From assembly GCA_964372635.1 (NCBI GenBank), contig CAYJQW010000003.1, forward strand, positions 2,145 through 66,144: 64,000 bases of DNA, read 5' to 3'. Source of the stretch: an uncultured Candidatus Saccharibacteria bacterium. GTDB taxonomy: Bacteria; Patescibacteriota; Andersenbacteria; UBA10190. Made by a program: the position numbers and the translations under genes. The notes below the pieces were generated by a model that ran no database searches, was not told the DNA's origin, and worked only from the letters and a program-made list of their open reading frames with translations. This document shows positions 39,419 to 47,859 of this stretch, piece after piece. Each line of letters opens with the position of its first letter. Position 1 is the first letter of the stretch.

Positions 39419-40420
39419 TTAGCTTGTAAATACTTTCGGTTGAATTGAAGAATTTTCAGCGATCATTTTTTCAATTCCGACCTGATCTAGCAGTCCTTCT
39501 CTAGCTCCAATATATTGCACAACTGATGTTGAATTGGCATTGCCCCACAGCATCGCCTCAGGTATAGGAAGATCTTGCAATAAGCCTGCGAGAAAGCCAG
39601 AGCCAAAACTATCCCCCGCCCCTGTCCGTTCAACAACTGGCCCAGCAAATATATTGAGCTGCCAAATAGTGCTGCCGTCAGAAGCGTAGGCACCTTTTGG
39701 TCCATCGGTTATAACCATGTTCTTCACGCCAATTTCATGATAGTGACTAAAAAGTTCTTTAATATCACGGGTGGTTACACCAAGTATCTTGGCGGCTTCT
39801 TCACGATTTAAAAATAAGAGCTCTGTTTTTACTAAGAGCGGCCCGAGATGTGCCCCACCTAATTTAATTTGATATGTGCCAGGATTAAAAGCTAGTTTAA
39901 CATCTGAGTTATCAGCGATATATGATAAAACCTGATCGTGCAACTGTTCAACACCATCGCCAGATGCTGAAGTGAGGTAAAGCCATTGCGTTGCTAATAG
40001 TCGGGGTAATTGGTAATCACGAGGTTCATGAAAGACTAAAATTGTTCGCTCGCCCTTAAAGTTAAGAACTGTCGAGAAATTAGTGCCGTGCCCTTTATCA
40101 TAGACAACGTAGCGTGGATCTACTCCCTCTTCTCGAAACACATCACCAGCGATGTGCCCTTGGATATCATCACCAACAATAGTATAAATTGAGGATCTAA
40201 AACCCAATCGAGAAATACCGATAGCGTGGTTAGCCGCATTGCCCACAGCTGAAATATCAGTCTTCGCATCAACAGCAATTTTATCGGCATAGTCGAAACA
40301 AAGAAGACAATTGGTATCATCCTTTGCACACTGGACACTGGCACTAGACACTTGCAAAAAGACATCTTGCGTTGTGTCACCAATGGCAATGACATCAAAT
40401 TTAGTCTGATTTAAGCTCAT
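39419..40420 (-). CDS. PfkB-family carbohydrate kinase (ribokinase fold), positioned in the glycolytic operon where a phosphofructokinase would be expected.
   Basis: DVIAIGDTTQDVF… N-terminus and the C-terminal GAGDSFGSGFLAGLL (PfkB signature 2). Confidence 0.65.
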   Translation of the reverse strand: MSLNQTKFDVIAIGDTTQDVFLQVSSASVQCAKDDTNCLLCFDYADKIAVDAKTDISAVGNAANHAIGISRLGFRSSIYTIVGDDIQGHIAGDVFREEGVDPRYVVYDKGHGTNFSTVLNFKGERTILVFHEPRDYQLPRLLATQWLYLTSASGDGVEQLHDQVLSYIADNSDVKLAFNPGTYQIKLGGAHLGPLLVKTELLFLNREEAAKILGVTTRDIKELFSHYHEIGVKNMVITDGPKGAYASDGSTIWQLNIFAGPVVERTGAGDSFGSGFLAGLLQDLPIPEAMLWGNANSTSVVQYIGAREGLLDQVGIEKMIAENSSIQPKVFTS

Positions 40421-40551
40421 ACCGTCAATGTTTTCATCTGAAGATTGTTAGCGAGGTAACTTTGCTACTGCCTTGAGTTTAATTTTGAAGATTTTTTGTT
40501 TCGCAATAGGAATATAAAATATAGAGCTTTATTACTTATAGTATAACACAC

Positions 40552-41412
40552 TCATATTTTCTCTTGAGAACCAAAAACTTTCATTTTTTGTTCAACGATC
40601 AGCTGCATAGCTTCTCGGGCAGGTCCTAAAATATGCCGAGGATCTACTTTATCATGTTCAGTTTTAAAATAAGCTTGTACTGCTGTCTGGAAAGCAATGC
40701 GCAACTCGGTATCAATATTAATTTTGCATACATTAGTAGCCGCGACACGCTGTAAATGTTCGTCGGCAATACCGGAAGCACCATGGATTACAAGTGGTGT
40801 TCGAGGCACCGTTTTTTCTATCTCTTCAAGCAATTCGAATCGAATGTATTCCCGGCCGGAAAAGGCGCCATGGATGGTGCCGACAGATACGGCTAAGGCG
40901 TCAATATCGGTTGAAACTACAAAATCTTTAGCCTCCTTAGGATTCGTCAATAAGGAATTTGGCGTCTTACTTTCTAATTGCTTCGCACCTTCGGAACCTA
41001 AGATGGTACCGAGCTCGGCCTCGACCCAAACACCACGTTTATGAGCATACTCAACAATTTCTTGTGTTAAATGTGTGTTTTCCGCTAGCGACTTTGTCGA
41101 GGCATCAATCATGACAGACGTGTACCCGGCTTCAATGCATTCCTGGACCATATCAAGGCTATGTCCATGATCTAGATGCAACACAACTGGCACACTCGTT
41201 TCATCACTCATGGATTTGACCATGGCGGCTAGCTGTTTTAATCCACCATACTCAATCGCACCTTCTGATGTTTGAATAATAACGGGTGATCGTTGGGCCT
41301 CGGCTGCCCAGATGACTGCCTGAATGGCCTCAAGGTTTGACACATTAAATGCCCCTATCGCATATTGCATATTAAGGGCCTTAGCGAAGAGATTGTGTGG
41401 CTTGGTTATCAT
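40552..41412 (-). CDS. fba: Class II fructose/tagatose-bisphosphate aldolase.
   Basis: …YAIGAFNVSNLE…VPVVLHLDHGHS… and C-terminal HGASG motifs. Confidence 0.85.
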   Translation of the reverse strand: MITKPHNLFAKALNMQYAIGAFNVSNLEAIQAVIWAAEAQRSPVIIQTSEGAIEYGGLKQLAAMVKSMSDETSVPVVLHLDHGHSLDMVQECIEAGYTSVMIDASTKSLAENTHLTQEIVEYAHKRGVWVEAELGTILGSEGAKQLESKTPNSLLTNPKEAKDFVVSTDIDALAVSVGTIHGAFSGREYIRFELLEEIEKTVPRTPLVIHGASGIADEHLQRVAATNVCKINIDTELRIAFQTAVQAYFKTEHDKVDPRHILGPAREAMQLIVEQKMKVFGSQEKI

Positions 41413-41526
41413 ATTAGTTGTTATAAATCGCTAATTTTGATTCGAAATAAATTTTAATAACCTGATTCACTAGATTAGCGTCACGGATTGATAATTATCA
41501 TTTTTAAAACATCTGCTTGTCATTAA

Positions 41527-42309
41527 TTAAAGTCCGGCTTGCTGCACAGTTTTTATGATGCTGACAAATTTTGCAGGTTGCAGTGAAGCACTGCCGACCA
41601 TTACGCCATCAATGCCGGGTTCTGCCATATAGGAGGCAATATTAGTAGCCGTAACACTGCCGCCATATAATACGCGAAGGCGCTCGGCAGTTTCGACTCC
41701 GAATTTTTCTGCAATTAGTTTCCTAATCAATAACATGACGGCGGCTATCTCACCTGGATCCGGCAGCTCGGTTGGTTCATTTGCACTAATCGCCCAAATT
41801 GGCTCGTAAGTAACAACGATTTTGGGAACTTGCGTTAGAGGCATTTCTTTAAAAAGCGAGTGCACTTGCTGAGTTATTTTTGCTTTTGTCTGGTCAGCCA
41901 TGCGCTCACTCGCCGTCTCACCGATACATACTATAGGAGTAATGTCATGATTGAGCAGCAAGTTTGCTTGGCTGCGAACTTGGTCATCACTCTCTTGCCT
42001 AAGTTGTCGCGATTCAGAATGACCAACAATACACCATTCTACAAATGGTTTGATTTGAAGAACTGACACTGCACCAGTCCATGAACCTTTTTCTTCCCAA
42101 TGAATCCCTTGTCCACCAAGCTGTATTTTGGTATCACGAGCCAACTTGCGTAATGAGTCGCGCAAAGATGGAAACGAAGGACAAATAATTATATCACTAT
42201 CAATATCCTCTTTTTTTAGTAACTGCTTTAAAGCTGACAGTGTTTCTAGCGCACCCTTGTGCGACATGTACATCTTCCAATTGGCAACAATAACTGGTTT
42301 TCGGCCCAT
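41527..42309 (-). CDS. tpiA: Triosephosphate isomerase.
   Basis: PVIVANWKMY…; IVGHSESR; AYEPIWAI; GGSV motifs. Confidence 0.9.
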   Translation of the reverse strand: MGRKPVIVANWKMYMSHKGALETLSALKQLLKKEDIDSDIIICPSFPSLRDSLRKLARDTKIQLGGQGIHWEEKGSWTGAVSVLQIKPFVEWCIVGHSESRQLRQESDDQVRSQANLLLNHDITPIVCIGETASERMADQTKAKITQQVHSLFKEMPLTQVPKIVVTYEPIWAISANEPTELPDPGEIAAVMLLIRKLIAEKFGVETAERLRVLYGGSVTATNIASYMAEPGIDGVMVGSASLQPAKFVSIIKTVQQAGL

Positions 42310-42318
42310 ACCTATATC

Positions 42319-42831
42319 TTAGCTAAAAAAGGACCGGACAGTAAATGACGCACCTAAGGTCACAGCGGTAACAATAATTGAGGAAATAATGATTCCTAGA
42401 AGAATTGCCATGAATGCTTTGGTACGGCTTATCCCAAAAACAAAAGCAGCCAGCGCGCCACTCCAGGCTCCGGTCATAGGCAAAGGTATAGCTACAAATA
42501 CAGTCAGGGCTAAAAAGCCATACTTTTTAACCTGCTTCTCAAGTTTACGTTGCGTTCGAGTATAAAGTGCTGAAAATAATCGCTCGGCTAAAGATGATCT
42601 TTTAGACAACCAATTAGAAACACTTTCAAAAAATACTAGCAGAAAATAGACCGGCAAAATGTTACCAAGAACAGACAAAGCTATAGCAGAAATAATCGGA
42701 AACTGATACACCAGCAGGGCGATTGGCAAGGCTCCTCTTAATTCACCAACGGGTATCATGGCTGTAATGATTACAGCCAGCCAAGGTGGCACACCAGCTA
42801 AAATCTGGGTAATTATATCTATCATAGTCAC
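42319..42831 (-). CDS. Small polytopic membrane protein (COG2426-like putative small-molecule exporter family).
   Basis: 170 aa with 4 hydrophobic helices; N-terminal …MIPVGELRGALPIALLVY…; the stop overlaps the galT-like start. Confidence 0.4.
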   Translation of the reverse strand: MTMIDIITQILAGVPPWLAVIITAMIPVGELRGALPIALLVYQFPIISAIALSVLGNILPVYFLLVFFESVSNWLSKRSSLAERLFSALYTRTQRKLEKQVKKYGFLALTVFVAIPLPMTGAWSGALAAFVFGISRTKAFMAILLGIIISSIIVTAVTLGASFTVRSFFS

Positions 42832-43898
42832 AGGCCTGATACCGATACTTGTCTTAAGAAGGCAGCCGACTCTTCTGGAACAGAAGGATTTATCTCAAGA
42901 GCAGTAGCTAGTTCAAATCCACCCCAACTGCCAAAACGTGGCAGTACTTCAATATGCCAACGGAAATTACCAAACGATTCTTTATTACAAATAAAGCCTG
43001 TGTCGTCACATGGTGCCGAGTAGATGAAGTAATTAAAGGCTGGATCATTTAGGCCTCGATCCAAGCGCACAAAAAGTTCGTGCATTGCTTGGGCAAGAGA
43101 CTCTCTCTGGGACGGTCCAAGATTTTCGAAAAAAGGTTCAGGGGCACGGGGCATAATCCAGGTTTCAAAAGGTACGCGTGAAGCATAAGGACAAAAAATT
43201 ACAAAATCGTCATTCTGCCAGATGATGCGAGTACCTGCTTCAAGTTCAAAAGAGATCATATCGGTATATGGATCATGGCCATGTTTTTGAGAATATCTTT
43301 CTGCGCCATGTAAAATATCAGAGACTTCGCTCGGTAAGACTGGCGTCGTAAATATCTGGTGATGCGGGTGTTGTTGTGTCGCTCCAGCTTCAATGCCGTG
43401 ATTTTTGATTATCTGAATGTAATTAACCGACTGTTTGGTCTTGAGTTGACGGTAACGGACAACGAGCGCTTCTAGAACAAGCGACAATTCCGATATGGTC
43501 ATTTCTGCCTCGGTCTGATTATGCCAGCGAGTTGCCAAAACTTCATGGTAACCAACGGCTTCAATTGCCCGATAAGGTCCTTCAAAGCGTGAGCGCAGCT
43601 CCGTCGCCGGTATAAACGCCGGATATTTATTAGCAAAGACATGAATCTGCCATGTATCAGGATTATCCGGCAAGCGTAAAATATCCGGCTCCTGCGGAAA
43701 TTGCGTTAAGTTACAAAAGGGACAGTTATCCTGATATTTTGGCGAGGTCTTTGGTTTCTTATTTACATCTGTTTTATTCTGATGCCTTTGACTTCGACCA
43801 TGGGCAATAGCAACCCACTTACCTGTGATGAGGTCTTGACGCAATTCCCCTTTTTTGCTGGATAAAGGATTTAATCCTAAAGATTTTGATTTTGACAT
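42828..43898 (-). CDS. galT: Galactose-1-phosphate uridylyltransferase-like enzyme (GalT/HIT superfamily).
   Basis: Zinc-knuckle CPFCNL and the HIT-like catalytic motif QQHPHHQ (HxHxQ), about 350 aa. Confidence 0.65.
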   Translation of the reverse strand: MSKSKSLGLNPLSSKKGELRQDLITGKWVAIAHGRSQRHQNKTDVNKKPKTSPKYQDNCPFCNLTQFPQEPDILRLPDNPDTWQIHVFANKYPAFIPATELRSRFEGPYRAIEAVGYHEVLATRWHNQTEAEMTISELSLVLEALVVRYRQLKTKQSVNYIQIIKNHGIEAGATQQHPHHQIFTTPVLPSEVSDILHGAERYSQKHGHDPYTDMISFELEAGTRIIWQNDDFVIFCPYASRVPFETWIMPRAPEPFFENLGPSQRESLAQAMHELFVRLDRGLNDPAFNYFIYSAPCDDTGFICNKESFGNFRWHIEVLPRFGSWGGFELATALEINPSVPEESAAFLRQVSVSGL

Positions 43899-43999
43899 AG
43901 TCTTGCGCTTATGATTTTGAGCCCAAATGATCCAACCATTGCAAATGTAAAAGTTCTTTTTTCTTCTTCATACCATCTTCATATTTCTTAACTATATTT

Positions 44000-44761
44000 C
44001 TACAAATACTTACCCCGCCATAGATTTAAACGAACCTGCACCACTTCTTTTAGAACATCAAGATAGGCGCGAGTTGAAACTTTAGAATTAGGATCGTTCA
44101 CCCAGTGAATCGGTTGCTCGGAAATTTTATAGCCAAGTCGACGCGCCACCGCTAAAGCTTCAACATCGAAACCCCAACGATCAATCGTCAGCAGGGGAAA
44201 AATGTCAGAAGCAGCTTGGCCGGAAAAAACTTTGAAACCTGCTTGGGTGTCCCAAATACCAGGGACAGCCCAAAGCTGTATCCATAAGTTACCTAGAGCT
44301 CCAAGGCGCTCTTTGATCCAAGACTGATGAACAGCAATCGTTGCGCCGCGTACATCCCGTGATCCGATGACAATATCAAACCCCTGGATAAGAATTGGCA
44401 GGAACTTCTCAAAATGATCGATTGTCGTGGAATTATCAGCATCCATAAACAGACGATAGTTTCCCTTAGCACGCGTCATGCCGTAGCGTACGGCAAATCC
44501 TTTTCCCCGATTCTCACCATATTGCATTAACCTAACTCTCGAATCAACTAAATTTGCAGCGCGAACAATATCCGCAGTTTTATCTTTAGATCCATCGTCA
44601 ACCACGGCTACGTTCCAAGTGTAAGATTGTTTATTAAGGTATTTTAAAACTGATGTCAGCGTTTTTGGTAAACGCTGTTCCTCATTATAGGCCGGAATCA
44701 CTACAGATAAATAAACTGTTTTTTGTCCTGGCGTAGACATAAAGACAGTGTAACATGACAA
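44000..44761 (-). CDS. GT2 glycosyltransferase (dolichyl-phosphate beta-glucosyltransferase-like, soluble GT-A).
   Basis: LSVVIPAYNEEQRL… and a DAD motif (FMDADNSTT); probable start at MSTPGQK (about 44740). Confidence 0.7.
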   Translation of the reverse strand: MSCYTVFMSTPGQKTVYLSVVIPAYNEEQRLPKTLTSVLKYLNKQSYTWNVAVVDDGSKDKTADIVRAANLVDSRVRLMQYGENRGKGFAVRYGMTRAKGNYRLFMDADNSTTIDHFEKFLPILIQGFDIVIGSRDVRGATIAVHQSWIKERLGALGNLWIQLWAVPGIWDTQAGFKVFSGQAASDIFPLLTIDRWGFDVEALAVARRLGYKISEQPIHWVNDPNSKVSTRAYLDVLKEVVQVRLNLWRGKYL

Positions 44762-44762
44762 T

Positions 44763-45170
44763 TCAGCTAGTGGACGATTTTATTAGGTAGTCAACCAACA
44801 TAAGCCGGGCGGCTTCAGCATGAGCATCAATTTTTTGCCCGCCTTCAGCATGGATTATTCGTTCGGCTTCTTTGCTGGTAAAAGTTTCATCAACTTCCTC
44901 AATAGCTATGTGATCTGGTAAAGTTGTCCGCAATTTTGTGAGAAACATGCGTGTATCTCGAGTCTGTGGTGTGTCAACGCCCGAAAGGCTACGTGGCATT
45001 CCAAGAATTATTTTATCGATCCGGTTATCTTTAATGATCTTCGGTATTTCAATCAGCACTTCATCTTTTTTTTGATCAATGACCGAATGACGCAGCGCTA
45101 AAATACCTTCTGAATCGGTAACTGCTATGCCAATATATCGCCCACCGTAGTCCAGAGAACATATGATCAT
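44763..45170 (-). CDS. ruvX: YqgF/RuvX putative Holliday-junction resolvase / pre-16S rRNA nuclease.
   Basis: 135 aa, MIICSLDYGGRYIGIAVTD…ILGMPRSLSG…TS motif pattern of RuvX. Confidence 0.8.
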   Translation of the reverse strand: MIICSLDYGGRYIGIAVTDSEGILALRHSVIDQKKDEVLIEIPKIIKDNRIDKIILGMPRSLSGVDTPQTRDTRMFLTKLRTTLPDHIAIEEVDETFTSKEAERIIHAEGGQKIDAHAEAARLMLVDYLIKSSTS

Positions 45171-45207
45171 TATATGAGTGTACTAAGCCATAAATAATCA
45201 ATCAATA

Positions 45208-45236
45208 TTGACAACTATACAATTATATGATATAAA
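45208..45236 (+). promoter_or_regulatory. Sigma70-type promoter (TTGACA-17 nt-TATAAA) driving the small-peptide transcript.
   Basis: TTGACA at 45208-45213, a 17-nt spacer and TATAAA at 45231-45236. Confidence 0.5.
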
Positions 45237-45364
45237 TATATGTTCCTTAAAATATTCAAGAGGATTCCAGAGCTCTGGCGGTTCAGGTTCTATTGTTCCT
45301 GGCTGCCAGTGCTCTGGAAAAAACTCTGGAGGAGTAAAATGAAATTTAGAAGCGAGCGCCTTTT

Positions 45365-45456
45365 GGGGTGTGGGTGCTTAATAATTATATTGACACCCCC
45401 AGTCACAGCAATTGTACTCTGCCTAATGTTTTTTTAGGCAAGGCAACACAATTGCT
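45365..45456 (+). promoter_or_regulatory. Structured 5' leader with nested stem-loops ending 4 nt upstream of the Shine-Dalgarno sequence of the small-peptide gene.
   Basis: GGGGUGU (45365-71) pairs with ACACCCC (45393-99). A perfect 9-bp stem AGCAAUUGU (45407-15) with ACAAUUGCU (45448-56) encloses an inner hairpin GCCUAA/UUAGGC (45421-26 with 45434-39). AAGGAG is at 45461-66 and the ATG at 45473. Confidence 0.45.
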
Positions 45457-45472
45457 AAAAAAGGAGAACGCG

Positions 45473-45580
45473 ATGGATAGTGTTCTTTTACAATCACTTG
45501 TGTCGGAAGCAGCCTGCATCAGCATCGCTTTGCTGATATTAGCTGGCTTCTATTTCGTCAGGAAGACGATTCATAAGTGA
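45473..45580 (+). CDS. 35-aa hydrophobic peptide (single TM, basic C-terminus), type I toxin-like or a small membrane protein.
   Basis: MDSVLLQSLVSEAACISIALLILAGFYFVRKTIHK. It has a strong RBS (AAGGAG, 6 nt from the ATG), its own promoter and a downstream hairpin plus T7 terminator. Confidence 0.4.
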   Translation: MDSVLLQSLVSEAACISIALLILAGFYFVRKTIHK

Positions 45581-45594
45581 TCAAACAACCTGCG

Positions 45595-45658
45595 CGAGGG
45601 CTGGTGGCGATATCTATGTGTTTTAGTATCGGTTCCCCCACTGGCCCTCGTTTTTTTA
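45595..45658 (+). terminator. Probable Rho-independent terminator after the small-peptide gene.
   Basis: cgagggc (45595-601) … gccctcg (45644-50) stem followed by TTTTTTT (45651-57). Confidence 0.4.
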
Positions 45659-45680
45659 TTTTCTCTTTCTCTCAGTGACA

Positions 45681-45709
45681 TTGACAAATATTGTAGGCAG
45701 CACTATCCT
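45681..45709 (+). promoter_or_regulatory. Sigma70-type promoter (TTGACA-17 nt-TATCCT) for the HExxH gene.
   Basis: TTGACA at 45681-86, a 17-nt spacer and TATCCT at 45704-09; the RBS AGGAG lies 8 nt upstream of the ATG at 45748. Confidence 0.45.
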
Positions 45710-45747
45710 AATTTTGGTTCATTTTTTCAATTTAGGAGACTAAAAGC

Positions 45748-46608
45748 ATGATCACGATAGTACATCGCTACCAAAAAGCACGCCAACTCTTAGAGGAGGC
45801 AGAGGCTATTTCATCCTATCCGCGTGTTAAAGAGCTTGTACCGGAAATTTCCGCCAGAGTGGCTCGCATATACCAGCAGGGAATGACCGTCTTGTCGCCT
45901 GTCGCGCAACTAAATTCCCTAAGCGCAGAATTTATCACGCTCCAGGAAATTAAAGGGTTAAAGAGTTCAGCGAGCAGATTGAAGCTGGGCTTTTTTCCCC
46001 TCTTTAATGATGATCTTTTAAAGGGAAACGTCTTTGCTTACGTCGTGGCGGCCACCGAATTTGGTTCTTATCACTGCGGCGCCCACTGTATCCAGATTAA
46101 AATGGATGCTGCTGAAACACCGCGCTTCCTCGCTTGTGCTTTTTTGCACGAGCTAGGTCATGCCTGGGCAGCGGTAAATGAACACCGCGCTGGTAAAAAA
46201 AATAATCGGTCGTTTGCAGCTCGCCTCGCCGAAGAAGTAAACATGTGGTCATCAGAGTACAAGCTGATGATTGCCCTGGGCGGTGATGAGTTTGTCAAGA
46301 CTATAAGCTTAACGGCTTTGGAGTTATTCGACGCTGTAAGCCAGCAAAAGCCATTGCCTTTTTTGTTGCAGGGTCTCGGTGAGCCTCTTTCAGCCTGTCT
46401 CGGTCCGCCACCGACATCTCAGGCTTCGCGCGCGCGGGACGACTGTTACCTAATCTACTGCTTCTTCTATATGGCTGATCACTATCTTCAGGGGATCAGT
46501 CCTGAGAATTACAAAATGAGTTTTCTGAAAGATTGTTTTATGGCCCGCTCCCAACAAGCAACACAGTCAGTAGAATTCTTTACTAGGTTGAGTCAAAAAG
46601 ATGCCTAG
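45748..46608 (+). CDS. Hypothetical cytoplasmic protein with an HExxH zinc-metallopeptidase motif (HELGH…NEH).
   Basis: 286 aa with no signal peptide or TM. AFLHELGHAWAAVNEH sits at about residue 133. It has its own promoter and terminator. The family assignment (ImmA/IrrE-like or SprT/DUF45-like) cannot be resolved by eye. Confidence 0.5.
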   Translation: MITIVHRYQKARQLLEEAEAISSYPRVKELVPEISARVARIYQQGMTVLSPVAQLNSLSAEFITLQEIKGLKSSASRLKLGFFPLFNDDLLKGNVFAYVVAATEFGSYHCGAHCIQIKMDAAETPRFLACAFLHELGHAWAAVNEHRAGKKNNRSFAARLAEEVNMWSSEYKLMIALGGDEFVKTISLTALELFDAVSQQKPLPFLLQGLGEPLSACLGPPPTSQASRARDDCYLIYCFFYMADHYLQGISPENYKMSFLKDCFMARSQQATQSVEFFTRLSQKDA

Positions 46609-46628
46609 CCTGAATGATTAGGACATCC

Positions 46629-46660
46629 GCTGGTAACCAAATCGTTGCCAGCTTTTTCTT
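46629..46660 (+). terminator. Rho-independent terminator after the HExxH gene.
   Basis: gcugguaac (46629-37) pairs with guugccagc (46644-52) (9 bp including one G·U), followed by UUUUUCUUUCUU. Confidence 0.5.
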
Positions 46661-46770
46661 TCTTAGTTTTTAATACATCTCTTGTCAGCATTTTAGGGTA
46701 ACACCCTTTAATGGCAACGGACTTATAAAAGTGAGACGAGAACGCTACTTAAGTATTATATCTTAAATTT

Positions 46771-47040
46771 TTAGTCATCATCATTCTCTAGTAGTTGCTG
46801 TAGTGCAACAAGAGCTGCCGTATAAGCTGCATCGTCATCTTGCGAATTCTCAATTACATCTTGTAGTTCATAATTCGTATCATATATTTCAGCAAACTTG
46901 GCGGCGTACCTTTCGATTATTTCAGCCTCACTCATATCAGGATTGTCGTTTAAGATTCTGCGATATACTGCAGCCTGAGCCATATTCCGCAAGCTTTTTT
47001 CCTTGCTGGATTTTGGCATGCTTTCAACAGTATTGCTCAT
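46771..47040 (-). CDS. Hypothetical small acidic protein (89 aa).
   Basis: MSNTVESMPKSS…ALQQLLENDDD. It is highly acidic and helical, and sits where infA/rpmJ usually follow map; it is not IF-1. Confidence 0.4.
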   Translation of the reverse strand: MSNTVESMPKSSKEKSLRNMAQAAVYRRILNDNPDMSEAEIIERYAAKFAEIYDTNYELQDVIENSQDDDAAYTAALVALQQLLENDDD

Positions 47041-47078
47041 AAATTAATAATAGCCGGTTCAGTTAATTTTTTAAATAT

Positions 47079-47852
47079 TTAGAGAACTTTATTTCTCTCC
47101 AATGTAAGAATCTTCGGTCCATTAACGGTTACGGCCACCGTGTGTTCAAAGTGAGCACCGGGCCGGCCTGATGTTGTAATGATTGACCAGCCATCGGCTG
47201 CGGTCGTAATTTCAGGATCACCGATCGTCACCATTGGTTCAATTGCGATCACTAGACCAGGCTTAAGTAGTGGACCTTGGCCCGTTTGACCAAAATTAGG
47301 CACTTGTGGTTCTTCATGAACTTCATAGCCGACACCATGTCCAACTAATTGCCTAATAATGCCAAAACCTTCTCCTTCGACATAATGTTGTATAGCAGCC
47401 CCAATATCCCCAGTGTGATTGCCAGGCTTAGCTTGCTCAATGCCAATCTCTAAAGCTCGTCTGGTTACATCTAGTAGCCGTTGTTTTTCCGAGGATATTT
47501 TACCGCAAGCTATGGTCCGAGCACTGTCCACATGTAATCCTTTATATTGCCAAGTAAAATCTATGCCAATAATATCACCGGACTGAAATGGGATGTCGTT
47601 TGGCAAACCATGAACAACGGACTCATTAGTTGAAATGCAGGACACAGCAGGGTAAGGGGCGTGGCCAGAAGGGGCATAACCAAGTATCGAGGATGTCGCC
47701 CCATATTCTTTCAATAATTGTCGAGCTAGAGTATCAATTTCCCGGCTAGTTGCACCCGGTTTAACTGCCACACATAGACGATCAAGCGCCTGAGACAATA
47801 AAGCTCCGCCCATCGCGAGAATCTCTATTTCCTTTGGTGTTTTTAACCGCAT
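47079..47852 (-). CDS. map: Methionine aminopeptidase type I.
   Basis: …LKTPKEIEILAMGGALL…; metal-binding residues D, D, H, E, E in context (DFTWQYKG, GHGVG, IEPM). Start assigned at MRLKTP (approximate); the ORF extends to 47879. Confidence 0.9.
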   Translation of the reverse strand: MRLKTPKEIEILAMGGALLSQALDRLCVAVKPGATSREIDTLARQLLKEYGATSSILGYAPSGHAPYPAVSCISTNESVVHGLPNDIPFQSGDIIGIDFTWQYKGLHVDSARTIACGKISSEKQRLLDVTRRALEIGIEQAKPGNHTGDIGAAIQHYVEGEGFGIIRQLVGHGVGYEVHEEPQVPNFGQTGQGPLLKPGLVIAIEPMVTIGDPEITTAADGWSIITTSGRPGAHFEHTVAVTVNGPKILTLERNKVL

Positions 47853-47859
47853 CTTACTG

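Noticed and set aside
45240-45437. A 65-aa plus-strand ORF (MFLKIFKRIPELWRFRFY…).
   Set aside because: Its ATG sits at or just before the predicted transcription start, with no RBS. Its composition is W/F/C/R-rich and unprotein-like. It coincides with the structured leader of the 35-aa peptide gene.
45368-45580. A 70-aa ORF from the track.
   Set aside because: Only its last 35 codons are preceded by a strong RBS (AAGGAG at 45461-66). The upstream part overlaps the leader stem-loops, so it was trimmed to 45473..45580.
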